From an uncultured Pelagibacteraceae bacterium (GTDB lineage Bacteria; Pseudomonadota; Alphaproteobacteria; Pelagibacterales; Pelagibacteraceae), in contig CACCVU010000001.1 of the NCBI GenBank assembly GCA_902549495.1, forward strand, positions 28,615-92,614: DNA of 64,000 bases. Reading direction: 5' to 3'. Numbering within the stretch: the first letter of the stretch is position 1; each line of letters opens with the position of its first letter. Below the pieces are notes generated by a model that saw only the letters and a list, made by a program, of their open reading frames with translations, was not told the DNA's origin and did not search any database. Below, one piece after another: positions 1 through 9,421 of this stretch. Both the position numbers and the translations under genes were made by a program.

Positions 1-43
1 TGATTTGATTATACTTTAAAGATATAGACTAAAGAAATATTTT

Positions 44-1051
44 TTAGCGGTTTGATACCGCACTATTTAAAAAGATTTTTGCGCAATTTTCCCAGGTATA
101 TTTTTTTGCATGCTCAATGCAAGCGCTTCTATCTGACTTAAGAGCTTCAAGTGCTGCTTTTTTAAGATCGTTGTTTAACGAGCCAATGTTTGTTCCGTTA
201 AAAATATCTTTTGGTCCTGCTACTGGGTAAGCAGCTACTGGCAATCCACATTTTAAAGCTTCTATAATTACAATTCCAAAAGTATCTGTTTTGCTCGGGA
301 AAACAAAAACATCAGAAGAAGCAAAGTAACTTGCAAGCTCACCATTTGTTCTCTCTCCTTTAAATATCGCTTCAGGGTATTCTTTTTTAAGTTTATCTAA
401 ATCAGGTCCTTTACCAACAACTAGTTTCGTGCCTTCTAACTCTAAATCCAGAAATGCTCTTATATTCTTCTCAATAGATACCCTTCCCACATAAAGATAA
501 ATTGGTCTTTTATACTCTAAATTAATCTTTTTAGGCTTTTGAAATGCCCCGTGGTTTGCCCCTCTAGTCCAAACAACCATCTTATCCTTATCAAAACCAA
601 TATCTTGAAGTTCATCTTTCATTGACTGAGTTGTTACTAAAATTTTTTCAGCCTTTGAGTGAAATCCTTTAAGGAACTTTTGAGCAAGCTTAATTGGCAA
701 ATAAGGATAGTATAGCTTCAAATATTTATCAAATTGAGTATGGTAAGACGTAGTAAACTTAAGCTTATTTTTTACACAATATCTTTTTGCAAATATTCCT
801 ATCGGGCCTTCTGTAGCTATGTGAATTATATCAGCATCGGCTTTAGAAATTAATCTACCTACTCTAGGCCAAACATTAAGAGAAAGTTTTATTTCATTAT
901 ATTTTGGCATTGGCACAGTAAAAAATTGATTAGGTTCAATATATTCAACCTGATGTCCAATTTTTTTTAATTCATCGCCAAGATTTTTTAAAGTTCTACA
1001 AACACCGTTCACTTGCGGATACCAGGCATCAGTAACGATTAAAATTTTCAT
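44..1051 (-). CDS. GT4-family glycosyltransferase (Agt-like glycolipid synthase)
   Basis: N-term ILIVTDAWYPQVNGV, HIATEGPIG, YVGRVSIEKNI, FPSKTDTFGIVIIEA; directly downstream of plcP-like gene. Confidence 0.9.
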   Translation of the reverse strand: MKILIVTDAWYPQVNGVCRTLKNLGDELKKIGHQVEYIEPNQFFTVPMPKYNEIKLSLNVWPRVGRLISKADADIIHIATEGPIGIFAKRYCVKNKLKFTTSYHTQFDKYLKLYYPYLPIKLAQKFLKGFHSKAEKILVTTQSMKDELQDIGFDKDKMVVWTRGANHGAFQKPKKINLEYKRPIYLYVGRVSIEKNIRAFLDLELEGTKLVVGKGPDLDKLKKEYPEAIFKGERTNGELASYFASSDVFVFPSKTDTFGIVIIEALKCGLPVAAYPVAGPKDIFNGTNIGSLNNDLKKAALEALKSDRSACIEHAKKYTWENCAKIFLNSAVSNR

Positions 1052-1867
1052 TTATTTATTTACTACTTTTAAATACGGCTCGTAATCAACAACGTCACCT
1101 CTGATTTTATCCCAGTCAATAACTTCCATGCGACCATCAAAATGTTCTACCAAGAAAGTTGCACCTTCTACCCAATCACCACAATTTAAATATCTCACAC
1201 CATCTAAGACTTGATCGGCAGAATGATGAATATGGCCGCAAATTATGCCATCAACATTTTTTCTTTTAGCATAAATTGCTAAAGTTTTTTCATAATCGCC
1301 TATATATTTTACAGCGTTCTTTACTTTGTGTTTTAAATATTTTGCTAAAGACCAATTACCCTTTTTAAATAATCTTCTAAAAAAATTGATAACAACATTA
1401 AACTCAAGTAAAAAACTATAAGCGATAGCTCCTACTTTTGATAACCATGGAGCATATTTCATCACTCCATCCCAAGCATCACCATGAACAACAATATACT
1501 TTTTATTATCTGAACTTACATGTATGGCTCTATTTACCACTTCAATATCGCCAAAATGTAATGGTAAAAATTTTCTGAAGACATCATCATGATTTCCCAC
1601 AATATATTTTACTTTTGTTCCATGTCTTGCTTTTCTTAATGTTTTTTGAATCACATCATTATGTTCTTGAGGCCAGTAAAATTTTGTTTTTAAAGCCCAA
1701 ACATCAATGATATCACCAACAAGATATAAATTCTCTGACCTTGAATGTTTGTAAAATTCTAATAATTTGTTTGCTGCACTTTTTCTATGCCCAAGGTGCA
1801 AGTCAGAAATAAAGATGCTTTTGTAATTTAAAATCTTTCCTTTAGATTTAGTTTGAATTGTTTCCAT
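1052..1867 (-). CDS. plcP: PlcP-type metallophosphoesterase/phospholipase C (UDP-2,3-diacylglucosamine hydrolase family)
   Basis: FISDLHLG, LVGDIID, GNHD, HGD, CGHIH, NCGDWVE motifs; GT4 and DAG kinase neighbours; start placed at ATG 1867. Confidence 0.85.
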   Translation of the reverse strand: METIQTKSKGKILNYKSIFISDLHLGHRKSAANKLLEFYKHSRSENLYLVGDIIDVWALKTKFYWPQEHNDVIQKTLRKARHGTKVKYIVGNHDDVFRKFLPLHFGDIEVVNRAIHVSSDNKKYIVVHGDAWDGVMKYAPWLSKVGAIAYSFLLEFNVVINFFRRLFKKGNWSLAKYLKHKVKNAVKYIGDYEKTLAIYAKRKNVDGIICGHIHHSADQVLDGVRYLNCGDWVEGATFLVEHFDGRMEVIDWDKIRGDVVDYEPYLKVVNK

Positions 1868-1899
1868 ATTTTTTATAAAACGAATCTCTAGTATAAGTA

Positions 1900-1930
1900 G
1901 AATCATAAATATGTTACAGAATTGTTAAAA
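1900..1930. promoter_or_regulatory. Putative Pho box (PhoB site) in the divergent plcP/dagK promoter
   Basis: 11-bp periodic heptamers: minus strand TTTTAAC-aatt-CTGTAAC; plus strand ATGTTAC-agaa-TTGTTAA. Confidence 0.55.
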
Positions 1931-1931
1931 T

Positions 1932-2828
1932 ATGGATAAAAAATTGAATTTTGCCGTTATATTTAATGCTAATGCAGCAGGTGGTAGAAAACTTAAATTA
2001 ATTAATAAGGTTATTTATCTTTTAGAAAAAAATCACCTTGTAGATCTTTTTAAAACCGAAAGCGAAGATCATGCAAGAAAAGTTTTTAAAGAATTATCTA
2101 ATAAAAAATTTGATCGGTTAGTATTTGCTGGCGGTGACGGGAGCGTATGTTTTGGTATTAATGAAATGTTTAAAAGTGATAATCTAAAAGACAAATTAGT
2201 AGGTTACATACCTGCTGGCACTGCAAATATTTTACAAATAGAAACTCAAATTAAGAAAAAGGCGGAGGAGATTTACAACGTCCTCGTATCAGATAATCAT
2301 AAGAAAATTTCATTAGCAAAAATAAATGATAAGTACTTTTTCTTGATGGCTGGTGTAGGTTTTGACTCTCGAATTGTTGAGTCCATAAATATTAATATTA
2401 AAAAGTATCTTGGAAAAGTAATTTTCGCTTTAAAAGGTTTTCAGCATTTTTTATTTTTAAAAAATAATAAAATGGAGGTTGAGGTAGATAATGAAAAAAT
2501 TATGGCTGATTGGATTTTATGTACTAATTCAAAATACTATGCTGGTCCCCATTCTATAACAAATGATACCAATATATTTGAAAAGAGGATAGTGGCTTAC
2601 ATATTTAAAGACCTGACTAGAATAAAATTACTTTATTATGTTTGGTTGATTTTAACCAAAGGTGACTTAACTCCTGCAAAAAGTGTAATTAAAAAAGAAT
2701 TGAACAGATTAAAAATAAATGGTGTAAACAATAAAGTTCTATCACAGGTTGATGGTGAAAATTGTGGTTACGTAAACAGTCTTGAAATCCAAAAAACAGA
2801 CAGATTTATAAATTTATTAGTTCCGTAG
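1932..2828 (+). CDS. Diacylglycerol kinase family lipid kinase (YegS/DagK-like)
   Basis: IFNANAAGG, AGGDGS, IPAGTAN, MAGVGFDS, QVDGE motifs. Confidence 0.9.
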   Translation: MDKKLNFAVIFNANAAGGRKLKLINKVIYLLEKNHLVDLFKTESEDHARKVFKELSNKKFDRLVFAGGDGSVCFGINEMFKSDNLKDKLVGYIPAGTANILQIETQIKKKAEEIYNVLVSDNHKKISLAKINDKYFFLMAGVGFDSRIVESININIKKYLGKVIFALKGFQHFLFLKNNKMEVEVDNEKIMADWILCTNSKYYAGPHSITNDTNIFEKRIVAYIFKDLTRIKLLYYVWLILTKGDLTPAKSVIKKELNRLKINGVNNKVLSQVDGENCGYVNSLEIQKTDRFINLLVP

Positions 2829-2930
2829 GATTTTCTAAATTTTTTCAACTTTTAGTTTAAAAGATTTTTCTTAATTTAATTTGAAAAATTTTTTAGATTG
2901 TTTTAGATTTTTCTTTTTTGGAGGAACAAT

Positions 2931-3128
2931 ATGAAAAAAAAGTTAAAAAAAAACGAAAAGAAAAAGAAAAAAATACTAAAATCAATCGATAAGCTTAAAA
3001 ATAAGATAAGCACTAAACAAAAAAAACTATCAAAGATTGATCTAAAGATAGCTAGTATCGAGAAAAAAATCGCTGAAAAAAGAGCTAACAAAAATAAAGA
3101 ACCTATCACAGCATCTTTAAATAATTAG
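2931..3128 (+). CDS. Small lysine-rich coiled-coil hypothetical protein
   Basis: 65-aa ORF with strong SD (GGAGG) upstream and a hairpin downstream. Confidence 0.65.
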   Translation: MKKKLKKNEKKKKKILKSIDKLKNKISTKQKKLSKIDLKIASIEKKIAEKRANKNKEPITASLNN

Positions 3129-3147
3129 TTTATAAAGAAATTAAATG

Positions 3148-3171
3148 CCCCTGATTTAAAAATATCAGGGG
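3148..3171. terminator. Hairpin terminator between convergent genes
   Basis: CCCCTGAT-ttaaaaat-ATCAGGGG. Confidence 0.8.
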
Positions 3172-3172
3172 T

Positions 3173-3517
3173 TTACTTTAATTTACCAAAAAGGTTTAAA
3201 AGTATTACTCCTGAAACAATTAAAATTAATCCAACATTAGCATAAAGATCAGGAGTTTGATTATATTTAAATATACCAAATAATGTAACTGCTGTTATCG
3301 TTAATGCTCCATAAGATGCATATGCAGTTGACACAGGAATAATGCTCATCGCTTTAGACAAACAAAAAATGCAAATGATAATACTTAAAATACAAAAAAT
3401 TGTTGGGCCGAGTTTTGTAAAACTTTGGGTAGTTTTCAAAAAACTGTTAGATGCTATACCGGTAATAATAGCTAAAAATAAATAAATATATCCTGAAAAT
3501 AAACTAAGACTTTTCAT
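3173..3517 (-). CDS. SMR/DMT family small multidrug transporter
   Basis: Four hydrophobic helices, LKTTQSFT, IPVSTAYA, GLILIVSGVILL; the usual TM1 Glu is not evident. Confidence 0.8.
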   Translation of the reverse strand: MKSLSLFSGYIYLFLAIITGIASNSFLKTTQSFTKLGPTIFCILSIIICIFCLSKAMSIIPVSTAYASYGALTITAVTLFGIFKYNQTPDLYANVGLILIVSGVILLNLFGKLK

Positions 3518-4463
3518 TATACTTTCCCAAACTAAATTGACCTCGATCACGAAAACGGACTAGCCATTTGACCATTGCTTTTTCTACATCTGCAGGCTCA
3601 ATGTCTAGATCCTTAAGTGTTAAGTGATTATTTGATACAATATTATCTTGTTCTGAGAGTATCTCACATTGATCTCTTGTAAGAATAGGAGGAAAAGGTA
3701 ACAAATCAGTTATGGCACTTTGAATTTTTGCAAGAGGCATAGGCATCTGAATAATTAATCTTTTTTTTCCAATAGCTTGCATAATAGACTCTATCATTTC
3801 TTTAAAAGTTAAAATTTTAGGTCCTCCTATCTCATAAATTTTGCCAAAATTATCTTTCAATTCAATTGCTTTCATTATTGCTTTAACAACATCAGCTACT
3901 AATATTGGCTGAAATTTGTAACGAAGATTTGGTATAGGGATTACAGGAAAAAAACTAAGTCGTGCAAAAAGGTTGCTGAAGTTTGAAGAATGACTCTCAA
4001 CAACAGAGGGTCTAAGTATAACAGAATTTTTAAAATTATTTAATACATTTATCTCCCCTTGAAATTTTGATCTTTGATATAACGAGCGACTTTCTTTAGA
4101 TGCGCCTATGGCCGAAACTTGAATCAGCTTTTCAACATTTGACCTTGCACAAATTTTTGCAATCGCCTCAGGAAGCTTTGCATGTAGTTTATAAAATTTT
4201 TGTTTTCTTGTTTCATAAAGAATGCCAACAAGATTAATTACAACATCAGAATTTTTAATTGCATTTTCAACTTCACTTAAATTTTCAGTATTCCATTCTA
4301 ATAATTCAATAGCTCCAGGTGTGGCTTGCGTCTTCAAATGTCCATTTTGGAAAGCTGACCTTGTTACACAAATAACTCTATAGTTTTTTTTGATAAGAGG
4401 CCCGATTAAATTTGATCCGATTTGACCAGACCCACCAAACAAGGTGACAATTTTATTTTTCAT
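3504..4463 (-). CDS. Complex I NDUFA9-like NAD-dependent epimerase/dehydratase
   Basis: LFGGSGQIG Rossmann motif, VINLVGILYE, FQPILVADV, YEIGGP. Confidence 0.85.
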   Translation of the reverse strand: MKNKIVTLFGGSGQIGSNLIGPLIKKNYRVICVTRSAFQNGHLKTQATPGAIELLEWNTENLSEVENAIKNSDVVINLVGILYETRKQKFYKLHAKLPEAIAKICARSNVEKLIQVSAIGASKESRSLYQRSKFQGEINVLNNFKNSVILRPSVVESHSSNFSNLFARLSFFPVIPIPNLRYKFQPILVADVVKAIMKAIELKDNFGKIYEIGGPKILTFKEMIESIMQAIGKKRLIIQMPMPLAKIQSAITDLLPFPPILTRDQCEILSEQDNIVSNNHLTLKDLDIEPADVEKAMVKWLVRFRDRGQFSLGKYNEKS

Positions 4464-4482
4464 GATATTAATTAAGAATTAT

Positions 4483-5106
4483 ATGAAAATTCATAAAATA
4501 CAAGGCGACTTAACTACAGAAATAACATCCAAAATTAAAGATTACTGCAGTATTGATTGTGAGATGCAGGGCTTAAAACCTGACAGAGATAAATTATCGA
4601 TTGTGTCTTTAACTGCTGACGAAGAAAACGTTTATATTATTCAACCTAATAAAGATTATAAAGCTCCTAATTTAGTTTCAATTTTAGAAAATGAAAAAAT
4701 TTTAAAAATTTTTCACTTTGCAAGAATGGACGTTCATTTTTTAGATGTATATTTAAAAACAAACGTTAAAAATTATTACTGCACTAAGCTAATGTCTCGA
4801 CTTGCTAGAACGTGGACACAAAACCATGGCCTTAAAGACCTCACTTCGGAGATTTGTAAAGTCAAATTGGATAAAAAATATGGTAGTTCGACGGATTGGT
4901 CCAAAGGATTGGAGTCAATTTCAGATAACGAACTTAATTATGCCGCAAAAGATTGCTTTTATCTTAAAAAAATTAAAGACTCTTTAGAAAAAATTTTGAA
5001 AAGAGAAAACAGGTTTGATTTATTCGTAAGTACCATGAATGGTTTAGAAAGTAGAATTAAATTAGATAAGGCAGGGTTTAAAGATCCAGATATTTTTGAA
5101 CATTAA
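4483..5106 (+). CDS. rnd: Ribonuclease D-like 3'-5' exonuclease
   Basis: SIDCE, KIFHFARMD, CTKLMSRLART, YAAKD (DEDDy); upstream of kdsD as in other alphaproteobacteria. Confidence 0.85.
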   Translation: MKIHKIQGDLTTEITSKIKDYCSIDCEMQGLKPDRDKLSIVSLTADEENVYIIQPNKDYKAPNLVSILENEKILKIFHFARMDVHFLDVYLKTNVKNYYCTKLMSRLARTWTQNHGLKDLTSEICKVKLDKKYGSSTDWSKGLESISDNELNYAAKDCFYLKKIKDSLEKILKRENRFDLFVSTMNGLESRIKLDKAGFKDPDIFEH

Positions 5107-6080
5107 TGAGAAAAAATAATTATATTGCACTTGCAAAAAAGGCTTCGAGTATTCAAATAAATGAATTAAAAAAAATAAAAAAAGTTTTCAACCATTCCTT
5201 TGTAAAAGCAGTTGACCTTATCTTAAATTGTAAAGGAAAAATCATATTTGCAGGCGTTGGAAAATCAGGTTTAATCGCTAAAAAAATTTCAGCAACTTTT
5301 TCCAGTGTCGGAATACCAAGCTTTTTTTGTGACCCTGCTCAAGCACTACACGGAGATATGGGCCAAATAGAAAAAAAAGATGTTCTAATTATTTTTTCAT
5401 ATTCTGGAAATACTTCCGAACTTAACAATATGTTAAAGTACGCAAATAGATATAGGATTAAAGTGATCGGTGTTGCCTCTAAAACAGATAGCATTCTGTT
5501 AAAAGCAAGTGATATAAAATTAGTTCTCCCAAAAGTGAGAGAGTCAGATGTCACTGGTATGGTGCCAACTTCAAGCACAACAATAACATTACTTTTGGGT
5601 GATTGTTTAGCTACAACAGTAATGCATCAAAAAAAATTTTCTAAAGAAAGATTTAAAATTTTTCATCCTGGAGGGAATATTGGAAACTCTTTGCTGCTAG
5701 CAAAAGATATAATGATTGGTGGTAATAAAATGCCAGTAATTAGTTATAAAAAAAGTTTTAAAGAAGCTCTTAAAATTATGAATAAAAAAAAACTTGGTAT
5801 AGTTGTAATTCTTAAAAATAGATTTATTAAAGGTCTTGTGACTGACGGAGATTTAAGAAGAGAACTGAAGAATTTTTCCAATAGAAAAAATCTTAACGAT
5901 TTTATGACTAAGAATCCATTAGTAGTAAACGAGAATATGCCCGCTTCAAAGGCATTAGCAATAATGAATGAAAAAAAAATAACAAGTTTGTTAATTGTTT
6001 CTGATAAAGATTATAAAAAGGGCAACAAAGTTTTAAAAGGAATTATTCACATTCATTTTCTTTTACAAAAGGGTATCTGA
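5106..6080 (+). CDS. kdsD: Arabinose-5-phosphate isomerase (KpsF/GutQ, SIS+CBS)
   Basis: GVGKSG, HGDMG, SYSGNT, PTSST, FHPGG, TDGDLRR. Confidence 0.95.
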   Translation: MRKNNYIALAKKASSIQINELKKIKKVFNHSFVKAVDLILNCKGKIIFAGVGKSGLIAKKISATFSSVGIPSFFCDPAQALHGDMGQIEKKDVLIIFSYSGNTSELNNMLKYANRYRIKVIGVASKTDSILLKASDIKLVLPKVRESDVTGMVPTSSTTITLLLGDCLATTVMHQKKFSKERFKIFHPGGNIGNSLLLAKDIMIGGNKMPVISYKKSFKEALKIMNKKKLGIVVILKNRFIKGLVTDGDLRRELKNFSNRKNLNDFMTKNPLVVNENMPASKALAIMNEKKITSLLIVSDKDYKKGNKVLKGIIHIHFLLQKGI

Positions 6081-6682
6081 TGATTGAAAGAAAGAAAAAA
6101 ATAAAAATTATCCAAATAACTTTATTATTTGTGGGTATGTTGATCATTTTTTTTACTTATATAAAAAAAGAAAATATATCAGAAGACAAAATCATAACCT
6201 CAGAAGCTCAAAAAAAAATAAAGCGACAAATGGAAAATCAGTCTGAACAAGATATTTTTTACAATATTGAATATTCAGGATTAGATTTAGCTGGGAATAG
6301 ATATATTCTAAAGGCAAGCGAAGCAACAACAGATAAGACTAATCAAGATATTGTTAATATGAAATCTACGACAGCAATATTTTATTTTAAAGATGGAACA
6401 GTTTTAAATGTTTCATCTGAGAATGGAGTTTATAACAACAAGTCACTCGATATGCTTTTCTCTGGAAAAGTAAGAGCTTCCTACATTGAAAGTAAACTAT
6501 TTGCAGATAAAGCAGAGTATTCAAATTCAGAGGGTTTTTTAACTATTACAAAAAATGTAATTATAGAGGACTCTAGAGGAACAATGATTGCAGATGAACT
6601 TTTATTTGATATTAAAAAGCAAACACTTAAAATAGCAGCTTTTAAAGATAAGAAAATTAATGCTAATATAAAATTAAAATGA
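6080..6682 (+). CDS. lptC: LPS export periplasmic protein LptC
   Basis: N-terminal TM anchor plus beta-rich domain (YSGLDLAGNRY), between kdsD and lptB. Confidence 0.75.
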   Translation: MIERKKKIKIIQITLLFVGMLIIFFTYIKKENISEDKIITSEAQKKIKRQMENQSEQDIFYNIEYSGLDLAGNRYILKASEATTDKTNQDIVNMKSTTAIFYFKDGTVLNVSSENGVYNNKSLDMLFSGKVRASYIESKLFADKAEYSNSEGFLTITKNVIIEDSRGTMIADELLFDIKKQTLKIAAFKDKKINANIKLK

Positions 6683-7440
6683 AAAAAGGTTTTAGAATTT
6701 TAAAATTTAAGAAATCTTCTCCAATTTTAGAAATTAAAAATTTATCAAAAAGTTTTGATGGTCGGCCTATACTTAAAAAGCTCTCTCTAAAAGTTTATCC
6801 AGGTGAGATCGTAGGTTTGCTTGGTCCTAATGGAGCTGGTAAGAGTACACTATTTAATATTGCTATAGGTGCAGAAGATGCAGATAGCGGTGAAGTTTTT
6901 GTAAACGGAAAAAATATTACTCAAATTCCAATTCATTTAAGAGCTAAACTAGGCTTAGGTTACATGCCCCAACTTAGATCACTTTTTGATGATCTCAGTG
7001 TTTTTAATAATCTGATGGGGCTGATTCAATTATTTGAAAAGAATAATAGAAAAGCTAAAGAAAAATGTGAGTTGCTCCTAGAACAATTTAACCTAACTCA
7101 TCTACGTTCAATAACAGCAGGAAATGTCAGCGGAGGTGAAGCTAAGAGAATTTCTCTTGCTAGAATTATGATTAATAATCCAAAAATTGTTTTATTAGAT
7201 GAATCATTTTCTCATATAGATCCAATTCATGTGCAAGAAATGCAAAAATATATAATGAAAATTCAATCGCAAGGTGTTGCATGTATCTTAAGCGAACATG
7301 GCCTAGAAAATTTATTTAAAATTACTGATCGTAACTATTTGATTAACGATGGTCATATAGTAGCCGAAGGCACTAAACAAGAGTTACTTAAAAATTCTGA
7401 AGCAGTAAAAAGTTATTTTGGATTGGATTTTTCCAAGTAA
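6679..7440 (+). CDS. lptB: LPS export ABC ATPase LptB (divergent)
   Basis: GLLGPNGAGKST Walker A, VSGGE signature, LLDE Walker B, YFG C-terminus; synteny. Confidence 0.85.
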   Translation: MKKGFRILKFKKSSPILEIKNLSKSFDGRPILKKLSLKVYPGEIVGLLGPNGAGKSTLFNIAIGAEDADSGEVFVNGKNITQIPIHLRAKLGLGYMPQLRSLFDDLSVFNNLMGLIQLFEKNNRKAKEKCELLLEQFNLTHLRSITAGNVSGGEAKRISLARIMINNPKIVLLDESFSHIDPIHVQEMQKYIMKIQSQGVACILSEHGLENLFKITDRNYLINDGHIVAEGTKQELLKNSEAVKSYFGLDFSK

Positions 7441-7442
7441 AA

Positions 7443-8792
7443 ATGTCTCATAAAAGTTTTTCTATTAAAATAAAAAATAGAATTAAACCATATAATAAAG
7501 CAATTGAAGTTGACTCAGACAAGTCTTTGTCAATCAGGTCTTTTTTAATTGGCTCAATTTGCGAAAATATTTCAACAGTGACAAATATATTAGAATCTGA
7601 GGATGTTAAAAGTACTATAGAGGCATGTAAAAAACTTGGAGTAAAAATTTTAAAATTGGGTCCAGGTTCGTATAAAATTCATGGTAAAGGTCTTGGGTCT
7701 CTATTCGCAAAAAAAAATACAATCATAAACTGTTTCAATTCGGGAACCTGTGCACGTTTGCTTTTAGGAATTTTATCAACAACCCCAAATATAGAAATTA
7801 AAATTACTGGTGATAGCTCTTTAAAAAAGCGGAGTATGAAAAAATTAGTTCAACTGTTATCAAAGTTTGGAGCAACTTTTCTTCCAAAAAATAAATTTAA
7901 TTTTCCTCTCAAAATAATTTCAACAGATATGCCTATAGGTATTAATTATTTTGCAGGGGTAAGTGCCCAACTTAAGTCTGCAGTTATACTTGCTGGACTT
8001 AATAGTTATGGAAATACAAAAATTATTGAGAGCATTAAATCACGTGATCATACCGAAAATTTGTTAAAAAAAAATACAGCAGCAATTAAAATAAAGTATG
8101 GTAAGAAAAAAATAATAGAAGTTTATGGAAAAAAAAGTCTTAAACAAATCGGATTAAATGTTTCTGGCGACCCTTCTAGTGCAGCTTTTTTTACTGCATT
8201 AACTTTACTTAATAAAAACTCATTTATTAAGATAAAAAATGTAGGTTTAAACCCTACAAGAACAGGTTTTTATAAATTGCTTAAAATACACAAAGCAAAG
8301 ATTAAATTTTCGAATGTTAAAAAGGATAACAATGAACTTAGAGGAGATATATTGGTAAAGAGTTGCAAGCTAAGGCCTATAACTTCGCCAGGTTACTTTT
8401 ATGCTAGTACAGCTGATGAATATCCAATACTTTTTGTATTAGCAGGACTTACTAAAGGTGTATCTGTGTTCAAAAACTTAGAAGATCTTTTTAACAAGGA
8501 ATCAAATCGCGTAAAGGAAATGCAAAAAGTTCTTAAGCAGGTTGGTATTAAAACTATCTCAACTAAGACTGAGTTGAAAATTTATGGTAAAGGAATGATA
8601 GACGCCAGTAACAAAACAATTACTATACAAAAAGGTATCCACGATCACAGAATTCATATGGCAAGTTTTGTCCTAGCATTATTAACTGGCTCAACAACTA
8701 GATTAAAAGGCTTTGAAACAGTTTTCACATCTAGTCCGTCATTTTTAAAAATAATGAGACAATTAGGAGCAAAATTTGAAATTAAAAAATAA
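7443..8792 (+). CDS. aroA: 3-phosphoshikimate 1-carboxyvinyltransferase
   Basis: DKSLSIR, NSGT, SAQLKSA, SRDHTE, GDPSSAAF, KESNR, DHRI. Confidence 0.95.
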   Translation: MSHKSFSIKIKNRIKPYNKAIEVDSDKSLSIRSFLIGSICENISTVTNILESEDVKSTIEACKKLGVKILKLGPGSYKIHGKGLGSLFAKKNTIINCFNSGTCARLLLGILSTTPNIEIKITGDSSLKKRSMKKLVQLLSKFGATFLPKNKFNFPLKIISTDMPIGINYFAGVSAQLKSAVILAGLNSYGNTKIIESIKSRDHTENLLKKNTAAIKIKYGKKKIIEVYGKKSLKQIGLNVSGDPSSAAFFTALTLLNKNSFIKIKNVGLNPTRTGFYKLLKIHKAKIKFSNVKKDNNELRGDILVKSCKLRPITSPGYFYASTADEYPILFVLAGLTKGVSVFKNLEDLFNKESNRVKEMQKVLKQVGIKTISTKTELKIYGKGMIDASNKTITIQKGIHDHRIHMASFVLALLTGSTTRLKGFETVFTSSPSFLKIMRQLGAKFEIKK

Positions 8793-9420
8793 AAATTTAA
8801 AAATCACTTGTGACGGTGGTGCTGCAACAGGGAAAACAACTGGCGCAAAAATGATAGCTAAAAAATATGGTCTTAATTTTTTATCGAGCGGATTACTTTA
8901 TAGATATTCTAGTTATTTAATTTTAAAATATAAACCAAAAAACTTGACTTCTTTTCTGAGAAAAAAATTTAAAAGACTTGATTATCAAAAATTAAAAAAA
9001 ATTAATTTACATACTCCTAAAATATCATCTCACAGTGCAGAAATAGCAAAAAAATTGAGTGTGAGAAAAATTCTTAAAAGGTATCAATTAATGTTTATTA
9101 AAAAAAATTTAGGTTGTGTATTAGAGGGCCGTGATGCGAGTACAAAAATTTGTCCAGAATCTGATGTAAAATTTTTCTTCGAGTGTAATTTAGACACAGC
9201 TGCCAGAAGAAGATATAAAGAGCTAAAAAAAAGAGGAGTTAAAATTAATTTTAAAAGCGTGAAAAAGGCTTTAAAATTGAGGAATATTTCAGATAAAAAA
9301 AGGAAATATAGCCCTTTAAAAAAACATAAAAATGCAGTAATTGTGGACACGAAAAAGTTGAATAAACAAGCTATGTTAAAAAAAATGATTAAACATGTGG
9401 AAAGAGTTTTAAATAATTAA
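8776..9420 (+). CDS. cmk: Cytidylate kinase
   Basis: DGGAATGKTT P-loop, SSGLLYR, VLEGRD, ARRRYKE; between aroA and rpsA. Confidence 0.9.
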   Translation: MKLKNKNLKITCDGGAATGKTTGAKMIAKKYGLNFLSSGLLYRYSSYLILKYKPKNLTSFLRKKFKRLDYQKLKKINLHTPKISSHSAEIAKKLSVRKILKRYQLMFIKKNLGCVLEGRDASTKICPESDVKFFFECNLDTAARRRYKELKKRGVKINFKSVKKALKLRNISDKKRKYSPLKKHKNAVIVDTKKLNKQAMLKKMIKHVERVLNN

Positions 9421-9421
9421 T

